Source: Thermoproteota archaeon | Lineage (GTDB): Archaea > Korarchaeota > Korarchaeia > B14-G2 | Direction of reading: 5' to 3' | NCBI GenBank assembly: GCA_037917675.1 | Contig: JAVCBW010000049.1 | Span: forward strand, 1 to 64,000 | DNA: 64,000 nt | Shown here: one piece after another, positions 22,219 through 30,483 of the stretch | How positions within the stretch are numbered: position 1 is the first letter of the stretch | Layout: each line of letters opens with the position of its first letter | The notes under the pieces: generated by a model | Databases searched by the model: none | Told to the model about the DNA's origin: nothing | Seen by the model: only the letters and a program-made list of their open reading frames with translations | Made by a program: the position numbers and the translations under genes

Positions 22219-22773
22219 CTAGGTCGGTGGCTTAATAACTTTCACTACACCATTTGAAGAAGCCTCTAGTATAGAGTCAGCCCAGTATGGGATGATTTCC
22301 CCGCCTATCGGCTTTAGAGCACCGCTCTCAATGCGAGCAGACTCTACTTCAATAAGTGATATCGTACCCCGCTTATGAGCTGAAATCCACAGAGAAGCAC
22401 ATGCAGCACTGAGAAACCTAAGTGGAAGTAAGCGATCGCTCTCCTCTGTCACTAGCTGGTGATAGACTCTTGAGATACCGCTGCATGCTAAGAGATCTCC
22501 TGAGCAGAGAAGACGAGAAGACAAGTATATGGCTGCTATAGCTTCAACATATGCTTTGGGTCTAATTATCACCAGCTTACGTAAAAGATACTCTTCTCCC
22601 CGGAACACGGAGGAGACCATCCTTCTGTCTAGGGAAAAGCCCACGTCTATGATGTGGGCTCTCCTACCAGCAGCAAGAACCTCCTTTGCGACACTAAGGA
22701 GAAGCTGCATCCTATAGTAGAGCTTACCAAGCACACAAATCAGAAGACCAGGTCTTATGGTGTTGTGGAGCAT
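22219..22773 (-). CDS. Degenerate RecA/RadB-like protein
   Basis: AHIIDVGFSLDRR and KPIGGEIIPYWADSIL resemble RadB/Rad51-paralog motifs; Walker A/B not recognisable. Confidence 0.55.
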   Translation of the reverse strand: MLHNTIRPGLLICVLGKLYYRMQLLLSVAKEVLAAGRRAHIIDVGFSLDRRMVSSVFRGEEYLLRKLVIIRPKAYVEAIAAIYLSSRLLCSGDLLACSGISRVYHQLVTEESDRLLPLRFLSAACASLWISAHKRGTISLIEVESARIESGALKPIGGEIIPYWADSILEASSNGVVKVIKPPT

Positions 22774-22815
22774 ACTACAAATATTAGTAGCTCAGGTAGT
22801 TAAAGAGGATAGACT

Positions 22816-23931
22816 ATGAAACACACTATAGGGCTCATAGTTAATCCAATAGCTGGTGTAGGGGGGGCAGCAGGCTTCAAAGGTTCAGATGATCCTGAGC
22901 TTGTAGAAAGAGCATTTAGGATGGGATATAGGCCTATTTCGCCAAGTAGAGCATTAAGTTTCCTTGAGTACATTAGGGGGGAGGGAATCATGGTGCTCAC
23001 ATATGGAGGAGTGATGGGAGAGGAGTACTGTCAGATAGCTAGAGTAGAGCATGAGGCCGTAGGATATCCGGCAGGCAAAAAGACTACAGCAGAGGACACT
23101 GTTAAAGCTGCAAGAGAGCTCTCCATGAGGAGGGTAAAAGTTCTTGTCTTCGTTGGAGGAGACGGTACAGCAAGGGACGTGCTAGTTGGAATAGGAGATA
23201 ATAGCACTACACCTGTGGTTGGGGTTCCAGCTGGGGTAAAGGTCTTTTCCGAGGTGTTTGCACTCTCAGCAGAGGCAGCAGCTAAGCTTGTAATAGAATA
23301 CTTGTTAGGAGAAGCTAGAGTAGAAAAGAGAGCAGTTATAGACATCGATGAAGAAGCCTATAGGAAGGGGAGCATGGTAGCTAGGAGGATTGGAGAGCTT
23401 TATACCATAGTTAGTGAGGAGTATGTGCAAAGTGGGAAAATTACTACCCAGGTAGGTGAGATACGTGAGATAGCAAAGGGTATAGCAGACACCATCTCTG
23501 CTGAGCTTAATGGAGCTCTCTGTATATTTGGGCCAGGGCTTACTGTGAAAGAGGTGGCAAAAGCTCTTGGAATAGATAAGAGTACGACTTCACTGATAGC
23601 ATCAGCTGGCAGAAGAGTCATCCTGGTGGATCCAGATGCGAGAAGCCTAGAGAAGCTCGTCCGAAAGTGGGATAAGGTAAGAATTGTGATCTCACCAGTT
23701 GGGGGGACAGGTTTCCTTCTTGGGAGAGGAAACCAGCAGATAACACTCGACATATTGAGGAAAGCTGGAAAGAAGGGGATGCTGGTAGTTGCAACACCAT
23801 CTAAGATAGCCTTCACTAGGCAGCTTCTCGTAGACGCCAGCCTGAGAGAAGTTAGACAGTATCTTGGAGATTACATCAAGATTGTAACCGGATACAGAGA
23901 GTATGCTGTGAAGAAAGTTAAGTTTCTATGA
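22816..23931 (+). CDS. ATP-NAD kinase family protein
   Basis: IGLIVNPIAGVGG, VGGDGTARD, GVPAGVK, GFLLGRGNQQI. Confidence 0.9.
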   Translation: MKHTIGLIVNPIAGVGGAAGFKGSDDPELVERAFRMGYRPISPSRALSFLEYIRGEGIMVLTYGGVMGEEYCQIARVEHEAVGYPAGKKTTAEDTVKAARELSMRRVKVLVFVGGDGTARDVLVGIGDNSTTPVVGVPAGVKVFSEVFALSAEAAAKLVIEYLLGEARVEKRAVIDIDEEAYRKGSMVARRIGELYTIVSEEYVQSGKITTQVGEIREIAKGIADTISAELNGALCIFGPGLTVKEVAKALGIDKSTTSLIASAGRRVILVDPDARSLEKLVRKWDKVRIVISPVGGTGFLLGRGNQQITLDILRKAGKKGMLVVATPSKIAFTRQLLVDASLREVRQYLGDYIKIVTGYREYAVKKVKFL

Positions 23932-23976
23932 CCAGAGATGATAAGTTTAAAAGCAGCAGAAGGTAAGAGGTACTAG

Positions 23977-24110
23977 GGGCCCGTAGCTCAGTCTGGATGG
24001 AGCGCCGCCCAAGTGGGTGCATGCCTTATAAGGGGCTCCCCGATACACTAGTGTAGGCATCGGGGGGCTGAGAGAGCCGGAGGTCGGGGGTTCAAGTCCC
24101 CCCGGGCCCA
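23977..24110 (+). tRNA. tRNA-Ile(UAU) with two introns: 24008-24022 (29/30) and 24031-24074 (37/38)
   Basis: Spliced GGGCCCGTAGCTCAGTCTGGATGGAGCG-CCGGC-CT-TAT-AA-GCCGG-AGGTCGGGGGTTCAAGTCCCCCCGGGCCCA; central helices GCGC/GTGC and CTTA/TGAG; TTTAAAA box upstream. Confidence 0.88.
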
Positions 24111-24191
24111 TTAAGGTTGATTTCTACAATTTCAATGTTTTCAAGCGATAAGGCATATTACTCCTAGGGGTTTAAGTATAGCAGACCTGTC

Positions 24192-25238
24192 TTGAAAGTA
24201 TGGATAGAGCTAGCAAATGCACCACATTGCCTCTTCTTCTACCCAGTGAAGAGGAAGTTGATGAGGTTAGGCTGTGAGATTGTTGTAACATACAGGCTTT
24301 ATGGATATACTTCAACGCTCGTTAAGAAACTGTACTCAGATGTTGATTGCTGGCGTATAGGCAAGCATGAAAGGACTCTTAGAGGTAAGCTGGTCAGTCA
24401 TGCCAAGAGGATGAGAGAGCTCAGCAGGCTGATGGCAAGAGTCAAGCCTGATGTACTCCTCACTAAGGCCTCACCTGACGCCGTCAGGGTTGCTTTTGGC
24501 CTTGGAATACCATCCATTGTCGTCTATGACAATGATAAAAACGCCCATCAGTGTAAGCTAACATTTCCATTAGCTGATAGAGTAATACTACCAGAGTGCT
24601 TTCCTAGAGAGAAAGCTATAGAGTATGGAGCTCGAGAAGAGAATATCCAAACTATAAAGGGTGTACTCGAGGTGAGCCATCTCAGCGTAGAATTCAGAAA
24701 CAGGCTACCTCTGAGAGTAGAGGAGATGCTTAGGAATAGAGGGCGAGTGATAGTCATGAGGGACTCTCCGACAACATCCTCTTACTGTAGTGTTAGCATA
24801 GGTAGGATGCTATGTGAATCAGCTGAAATAATCTCGAGAAGAGGAGGGAAAGCTGTCTTCATAATGTTTCCAAGGGAGGAAACTAGGCTGATTAAAGCAA
24901 ATGGGAACATAGTAGTACCCAAGGGAGCCATAAACACTATTCAGCTGTTTAGGAGAGCAGATCTCATGATAGGAGGAGGGGGGTCGATGACAAGAGAAGC
25001 TGCACTTGTTGGAACACCTACAATCAGCTGCTATCCCATGGAACAAGTGGCGCCTACTAGAGAGCTTGTTAATAGGGGATTAATAGAGGAATGTAAAGTT
25101 GATGCTAGAGAGATAGCTGATGTCGGACTCGAGATAATGGATAGAAAAGCCGAGTGTATCGCCAAAGCTAGAAAGTATCTTGAGGGATGCGAAGACCCCT
25201 CAGAGGTCGTGGTGAGAGAAGCATTCAGGCTTTTATAG
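24192..25238 (+). CDS. DUF354 family GT-B glycosyltransferase-like protein
   Basis: MKVWIELANAPHCLFF, AFGLGIPSIVVYDN, GGGGSMTREAALVGTPTIS. Confidence 0.88.
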   Translation: MKVWIELANAPHCLFFYPVKRKLMRLGCEIVVTYRLYGYTSTLVKKLYSDVDCWRIGKHERTLRGKLVSHAKRMRELSRLMARVKPDVLLTKASPDAVRVAFGLGIPSIVVYDNDKNAHQCKLTFPLADRVILPECFPREKAIEYGAREENIQTIKGVLEVSHLSVEFRNRLPLRVEEMLRNRGRVIVMRDSPTTSSYCSVSIGRMLCESAEIISRRGGKAVFIMFPREETRLIKANGNIVVPKGAINTIQLFRRADLMIGGGGSMTREAALVGTPTISCYPMEQVAPTRELVNRGLIEECKVDAREIADVGLEIMDRKAECIAKARKYLEGCEDPSEVVVREAFRLL

Positions 25239-25447
25239 GCTCCACTGAAGTACACTCTCTCAGAGAGGAGATACCAGAAGTATAGCATTGCCAGGAGAAC
25301 TAGTGCTGAGATCGCAACCTTCAAGATCCCTACAACATATGCTATAGATGGCTTCGCTGCCTTCAATGGCACTATAAAGAACCTTATGGCCAGCAAAGCA
25401 GCTATTATAAGCCACCACCCGTAGATTGTGAGGAGCAGAACTTTCAT
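25031..25447 (-). CDS. Small two-helix membrane protein; 3' end overlaps the DUF354 gene
   Basis: Two hydrophobic helices in the first 65 aa, directly after the GPT gene; tail runs about 200 nt antisense into the DUF354 gene. Confidence 0.5.
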   Translation of the reverse strand: MKVLLLTIYGWWLIIAALLAIRFFIVPLKAAKPSIAYVVGILKVAISALVLLAMLYFWYLLSERVYFSGAYKSLNASLTTTSEGSSHPSRYFLALAIHSAFLSIISSPTSAISLASTLHSSINPLLTSSLVGATCSMG

Positions 25448-25469
25448 GAAATCTGAGTCAACTAAGCCA

Positions 25470-26465
25470 CTATGCACTAAATACCACCTCAGTTAACACA
25501 GAGAGGGCTGTAGAGAACATTGAGAGAAGAAGGATCTGTTTAATGAGAAGCTTCTCATCTTTTGGCTTGGCTGATGTAAGCAGCCCAACTAAAGTGATTG
25601 GTGCTCTGGGGCTCTTGTTAGCATATATAATCCCATTTTCAACGTGCACAGGCTTAGTCTCCAATTTCGTCTTCTCAAGAAGCCCTCTAACGCTAGCAAG
25701 ATACGAGAAGCTGTTGAGCACATAGGGAAGCATAGCTATGATTAAGTAGAACTCTAAGCCAGATAGTATGGCTATCCCTGCTACTACAGAACCTATCATG
25801 TGCGACCCACAGTTTCCTGCGAAGTACCTTGCAGGAAACCTATTGTAATACATGTATACCAGCAGGGTAGCAAGCATAGGGACAGACAACAAGATAGGCC
25901 TCAGATTCATCTTCAGATAGCCGAGAATAACTCCACCTAGAAGCATGGTAGTACAGGTAGACGGCAGTACGCCATTCATGACATCGATCATGTTAGCTGA
26001 GTTTGCTACAATGCTTATGTAGACAGGAACCATCATGAAGTAAAAGATGGTTAGACGTGTCAAGCCTACAATTGGAATCCTTGGATATGGGTTTAGCTCA
26101 GCTGCAAAGAGGCCAGCAGACGGTATGGTGAATAGCAATCCCTTCATCAAACCACTCATATCAGCTATATCATCAACCATACCTAGAGTGAAGCTGAGGA
26201 CTGCGACAAGCAGTATAGCTAAATAAAATCTTGACATGCATGGAACAGCTACACCAGCAGCCATATAGCATGCAACAAGCGTGAAAAATAATGGCATACC
26301 ACCTAGCTCGATAGCAACATGCCTCCAACTCTTGTGGACATCTACTCCAGTAAGACCAGCCTCCCTAAACCTAGGCTCCAAATGGTTAAATGCCATAAAG
26401 CCTAGCAGAGAGGCAGCTAGCTGCGACAGCAGTAGAGCATAGATGCCCATGGTCCCTATAGGCAT
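25470..26465 (-). CDS. MraY/GPT family polyprenyl-phosphate GlcNAc-1-P transferase (AglH-like)
   Basis: DVHK, ELGG, GMVDD, NSANMIDVMNG, NRFPARYFAGNCG, TLVGL. Confidence 0.88.
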   Translation of the reverse strand: MPIGTMGIYALLLSQLAASLLGFMAFNHLEPRFREAGLTGVDVHKSWRHVAIELGGMPLFFTLVACYMAAGVAVPCMSRFYLAILLVAVLSFTLGMVDDIADMSGLMKGLLFTIPSAGLFAAELNPYPRIPIVGLTRLTIFYFMMVPVYISIVANSANMIDVMNGVLPSTCTTMLLGGVILGYLKMNLRPILLSVPMLATLLVYMYYNRFPARYFAGNCGSHMIGSVVAGIAILSGLEFYLIIAMLPYVLNSFSYLASVRGLLEKTKLETKPVHVENGIIYANKSPRAPITLVGLLTSAKPKDEKLLIKQILLLSMFSTALSVLTEVVFSA

Positions 26466-26509
26466 ATGGCTACTAGGCTATAAGTTTAACAAGACCAGCA
26501 GATCAGCTG

Positions 26510-27448
26510 ATGCTGCTGATAGGAATGCTTGTAGCTATAGTCTCGATGCTTGCCTCAAGCAGCCTCCTGCGGGGAGTACTTAGGCTACACATAGGAGAAA
26601 GATATCTAGCAAGAGATCTACACAAAAGGGAAGACAGATACGCATTTAGACTTGGAGGAATATCGATACTCGGAGGCTTCTACATAGGGTGTGTGGTAGC
26701 CTTAAAATGCTTTGATGCAACAGTACCTCTTGGAGTTGCTGTATCCACTATGCTCTTTGCTCTGATAGGTTTAATTGACGACCTCATAGGTCTCACACCT
26801 GTTGAAAAAGTGGTTTATGCAGCTATAGCGTCAGCACCAGCTGCATCAGCTCCAAGCTCTGTGATTAGCTGCACCTTCATCTTAGGGGGGTCTATAGTCA
26901 TGGCAACAGCCTTCTGCATTCTTCTCGGAAGCTTTACAGCAAACGCAGTCAACACACTAGCAGGATACAATGGACTTGAGGGGGGAGTCACGTCTATCAT
27001 GACAGGAGCTATAATCGCATATGTCTACATAAAGTATGGAGGGGTTGAATCAATTCCACTACTCTCAGCACTGCTTGGATCCATAATGGGATTTCTAGCC
27101 TATAACAGGTATCCAGCTAGAGCTTTTCCAGGGAACATAGGGACATTCTTCATGGGAGGTTCACTTGCAGCTCTCAGCATGTACTCTGGTGCACATCTCA
27201 TGCTGCTGCTGCTCTTAGCGCCTCATCTGGTGGATTTCATGCTAAAGCTTAGCCAGGGGTTCACTTGTAGGGAGAAGACTCACGCAAGAGTCAGGGAGAA
27301 TGGTGTTATAGAGCCTCCACCATATAGGTCTTTGATAGCATCGATCCTGAGCATAGCAAAGCTAACAGAAAAGCAGCTTGTCCTGCTGCTCATGCTAATC
27401 GAAATAATTGTTGCAGCAGCTGGCATCTCAGCGCTACTATTGCTCTAA
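26510..27448 (+). CDS. MraY/GPT family polyprenyl-phosphate GlcNAc-1-P transferase, second paralog
   Basis: DLHK, LGG, GLIDD, NAVNTLAGYNGLE, NRYPARAFPGNIG, TEKQLV. Confidence 0.9.
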   Translation: MLLIGMLVAIVSMLASSSLLRGVLRLHIGERYLARDLHKREDRYAFRLGGISILGGFYIGCVVALKCFDATVPLGVAVSTMLFALIGLIDDLIGLTPVEKVVYAAIASAPAASAPSSVISCTFILGGSIVMATAFCILLGSFTANAVNTLAGYNGLEGGVTSIMTGAIIAYVYIKYGGVESIPLLSALLGSIMGFLAYNRYPARAFPGNIGTFFMGGSLAALSMYSGAHLMLLLLLAPHLVDFMLKLSQGFTCREKTHARVRENGVIEPPPYRSLIASILSIAKLTEKQLVLLLMLIEIIVAAAGISALLLL

Positions 27449-27485
27449 CGACATCTTTATATCCTGGATGCACTGACTAAGTAGA

Positions 27486-27571
27486 AGCCCCGTGGTGTAG
27501 CTGGCCAAGCATGGAGCCTTGAATGCCGGACTTTGGATCCGGAGACGCCGGTTCGAATCCGGCCGGGGCTA
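27486..27571 (+). tRNA. tRNA-Gln(UUG) with 12-nt intron 27512-27523 at about 24/25
   Basis: AGCCCCGTGGTGTAGCTGGCCAAGCA[TGGAGCCTTGAA]TG-CCGGA-CTTTGGA-TCCGG...CGGGGCTA; central helix CAAG/CTTG. Confidence 0.9.
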
Positions 27572-29110
27572 CCTGCCTCCTTTAGACTTCAGGTACATCC
27601 TCCAGGAGAGCACAGGGCGCCTAGCTGCCTGAGCTTCATTCACTCTCCTAACAGATGTGTTGTGTGGCGCTGTTAAGACGGATTCAGGTGAAGTATAGCA
27701 TTCGTCTACTATACTCCTCACGATCTCATAGAAAAGGTCTAAATCCTGCTTTGTCGCAGATTCTGTAGGCTCCACCATCATAGCTTCACGGACTATCAGA
27801 GGAAAGTATATGGTTGGAGGGTGTACACCGAAGTCTAGCATTCTCTTAGCAATGTGAGCTACTCTTACTCCAGTCTCCCTCCTGACTTTCCTCAGACTCA
27901 CTGTGAACTCATGTGCCCTTGGCTTCTCAGAGCCAAAGGGAACGTCGATGCTGACTATAGACTTGAGCTTCTTGAGCAGATAATTTGAGTTAAGTACAGC
28001 TACCCCAGAGACCTCTCTTAACCCTTCTAGTCCAAGCATCTTAATGTATACAAGAGCCTTAAGAAGAACTGGAAAGTTACCAAGATATGGGTGCACTCTC
28101 CCAATAGATTTTGGGCCACGGTCTCTAAGCCTGTAGATTCCGCCCTCATACACCACGTCCGGAGAGGGAAGATATTCAGCTAACTCTTCGACAGCTCCAA
28201 CAGGGCCTGCTCCAGGGCCTCCACCTCCATGTGGCGTCGAGAAAGTCTTGTGTAAATTGAGGTGCGCTATATCGATGCCTAGGTCAGATAGCTTAACTCT
28301 CCCAACTAAGGCGTTTAGGTTTGCACCATCATAGTACACTAGGCCTCCAGCATCATGTATTATCTCACATATTTCCTTGACTCTATGCTCAAAGATCCCT
28401 AGAGTGTTAGGGACAGTAAGCATGATTCCAGCTGTCTTATCTGAGACTGTAGCCTTAAGTGCCTCAATATCTACTGTACCATCGTCTCCACTAGGTATGT
28501 TGACGACCTTAAACCCACACATGGATGCGCTAGCAGGGTTAGTCCCGTGCGCTGAGTCAGGAACCAGCATCTCATCCTTCTCTCTACCATGTAGCTTGTG
28601 ATACTTCCATATCATCTTGCAGCCTGTGTACTCACCGCTGGCGCCAGCAAAGGGCTGAAGTGTGAAGTCATATAGCCCAGTTATGGCACACAGTAGCTTC
28701 TTAAGCTCATACATGACCTTTAGGCAGCCCTGGATCCAACTCTCTGGAGCATGTGGAGATGCCATCTGAGCCTGTTCAAAGCTAGCTATACGCTCACAGA
28801 TCTTTGGATTATACTTCATTGTACACGATCCAAGCCAATATGGGCCGCTATCAACACCATAGTTCATTTGAGTAAGTCTAATGTAGTGCCGGACAACCTC
28901 GACCTCACTTACCTCTGGCAAGGCTAGGTCTCTCCTAAGGACAGTTGGTGGCAGTATCCTACTGGGGTCACCGACTCTCAGCCTGACCTTCTCCTCAACC
29001 TGAGGAAAGCTGAAGCCAACTTTGCCCTCTTGAGAGAGCTCAAATATTATAGGTTCAAGGATGCGCTCGCTAGCCTTCCACTTAGCTTGGATGCATGGCT
29101 GAGGATTCAT
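27569..29110 (-). CDS. gcvPB: Glycine dehydrogenase subunit 2
   Basis: LGSCTMKYNP, SAHGTNPASA, DGANLNA, NLHKTFSTPHGGGGPG, EPTES. Confidence 0.96.
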   Translation of the reverse strand: MNPQPCIQAKWKASERILEPIIFELSQEGKVGFSFPQVEEKVRLRVGDPSRILPPTVLRRDLALPEVSEVEVVRHYIRLTQMNYGVDSGPYWLGSCTMKYNPKICERIASFEQAQMASPHAPESWIQGCLKVMYELKKLLCAITGLYDFTLQPFAGASGEYTGCKMIWKYHKLHGREKDEMLVPDSAHGTNPASASMCGFKVVNIPSGDDGTVDIEALKATVSDKTAGIMLTVPNTLGIFEHRVKEICEIIHDAGGLVYYDGANLNALVGRVKLSDLGIDIAHLNLHKTFSTPHGGGGPGAGPVGAVEELAEYLPSPDVVYEGGIYRLRDRGPKSIGRVHPYLGNFPVLLKALVYIKMLGLEGLREVSGVAVLNSNYLLKKLKSIVSIDVPFGSEKPRAHEFTVSLRKVRRETGVRVAHIAKRMLDFGVHPPTIYFPLIVREAMMVEPTESATKQDLDLFYEIVRSIVDECYTSPESVLTAPHNTSVRRVNEAQAARRPVLSWRMYLKSKGGR

Positions 29111-30456
29111 GCCAGGTCACCTAAGGCAGCAACAAGATGTTCTATGTTAGAGGCTGTATGGAACTCGTTTACGCCAACTAGAAGCGAGTTGGGGACATAT
29201 TTGAATAACCTGCCGAACAAGAACCCCTTAGCAGCCAGCTTATCCCGAATTTCATCAGCAGGAATCTTAGAGGACCTCACTACAAAGTCTCTGAAGAATG
29301 GCGCTGAAATTGCTGGAGCACTAATCCATGGTATCTCTCCTAGGAGAGATGCCAGGTAAGCTGCATATGAGATAAGCCTCTCAGCAAGAGCTCTCAAGCC
29401 AGACTTGCCTAGTAGTGCTAGATAGATAGCTGCCCTCATCGCATTGAGTGCAGAGTTCGTGCATATGTTAGAGGTTGCTTTCTCCCGCCTTATATGCTGC
29501 TCTCTGGTCTGTAGTGTAAGGACATAGGATCTAGTTCCATCTACGTCTGTAGTCATGCCGACAAGCCTGCCAGGCATTTGCCATAGCAGCTTATCATCAA
29601 GCTTACATGCTAAGATACCTGCTAGAGAGCCGCCTAAAGCAGGATAGTTGCCAAGAGGCTGTGCTTCGCCAGTTACTATGTCAGCATTATACTCAGAAGG
29701 AGGCTTTAACAGAGCTAATGACACAATATCTACTCCAACTACAACTAAAGCTCCTTTCCTATGAGCTACATCAGCTAGCATCTCTGGCTCAGAGTAGATG
29801 CATCCTGTAAATGCAGGGTTCTCAAAGAACAAAGCTGCAGTATCCTCTGATATGGACTGCTCAAGCTTCTCACGAGAGACAGTCCATGTATCTAAGTCAC
29901 ATGAAACCTCTTTGAGGACAATTCCAGCTGGCTCTAGGTAAGTTTCCACAACAGCCTTAAGTTCCTCTGAAATTGGAGAGATAGCTACAACCTCCTTTCT
30001 CCGAGTCACTCTCGCAGCCATCAAGAAAGCCTCTGCAGTAGCTGTCGTGTAGTCATACATGGATGCATTAGCTATATCCATTCCGGTGAGCTCACAGATA
30101 AGAGATTGGTACTCAAATAGTATCTGTAGAGCACCCTGAGAAATCTCAGGCTGATACTGAGTGTATGAAGTATAGAGCTCTTGTCTGGAAACTAGCTCGT
30201 CTACTGCAGCAGGGACATAGCAGAGCCGAGGGATCCCACCTATGAAATATCTTCGTGGATCTACATGCCGGTTAGATGCTAGCACTTCTCTTAGCTCAAG
30301 CAAAACCTCCATCTCACTTAAGCCAGTAGGCATCTTGACCTCGGAGGAAAAGCCGACCGCAGACCTAAACAGGTCATCTAAGCTGCTGAACCCCAGCTCA
30401 CGCAACATTTCAAGCCTAATCTTCTCAGAGCTGTTGGGGATCCACTGGTGAGGCAT
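29107..30456 (-). CDS. gcvPA: Glycine dehydrogenase subunit 1
   Basis: YTSYTQYQPEISQG, NASMYD, MPGRLVG, LQTREQHIRREKATSNICTN. Confidence 0.96.
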   Translation of the reverse strand: MPHQWIPNSSEKIRLEMLRELGFSSLDDLFRSAVGFSSEVKMPTGLSEMEVLLELREVLASNRHVDPRRYFIGGIPRLCYVPAAVDELVSRQELYTSYTQYQPEISQGALQILFEYQSLICELTGMDIANASMYDYTTATAEAFLMAARVTRRKEVVAISPISEELKAVVETYLEPAGIVLKEVSCDLDTWTVSREKLEQSISEDTAALFFENPAFTGCIYSEPEMLADVAHRKGALVVVGVDIVSLALLKPPSEYNADIVTGEAQPLGNYPALGGSLAGILACKLDDKLLWQMPGRLVGMTTDVDGTRSYVLTLQTREQHIRREKATSNICTNSALNAMRAAIYLALLGKSGLRALAERLISYAAYLASLLGEIPWISAPAISAPFFRDFVVRSSKIPADEIRDKLAAKGFLFGRLFKYVPNSLLVGVNEFHTASNIEHLVAALGDLA

Positions 30457-30483
30457 CAGCTCACCTCCAGAGTGAAGAGGAGG

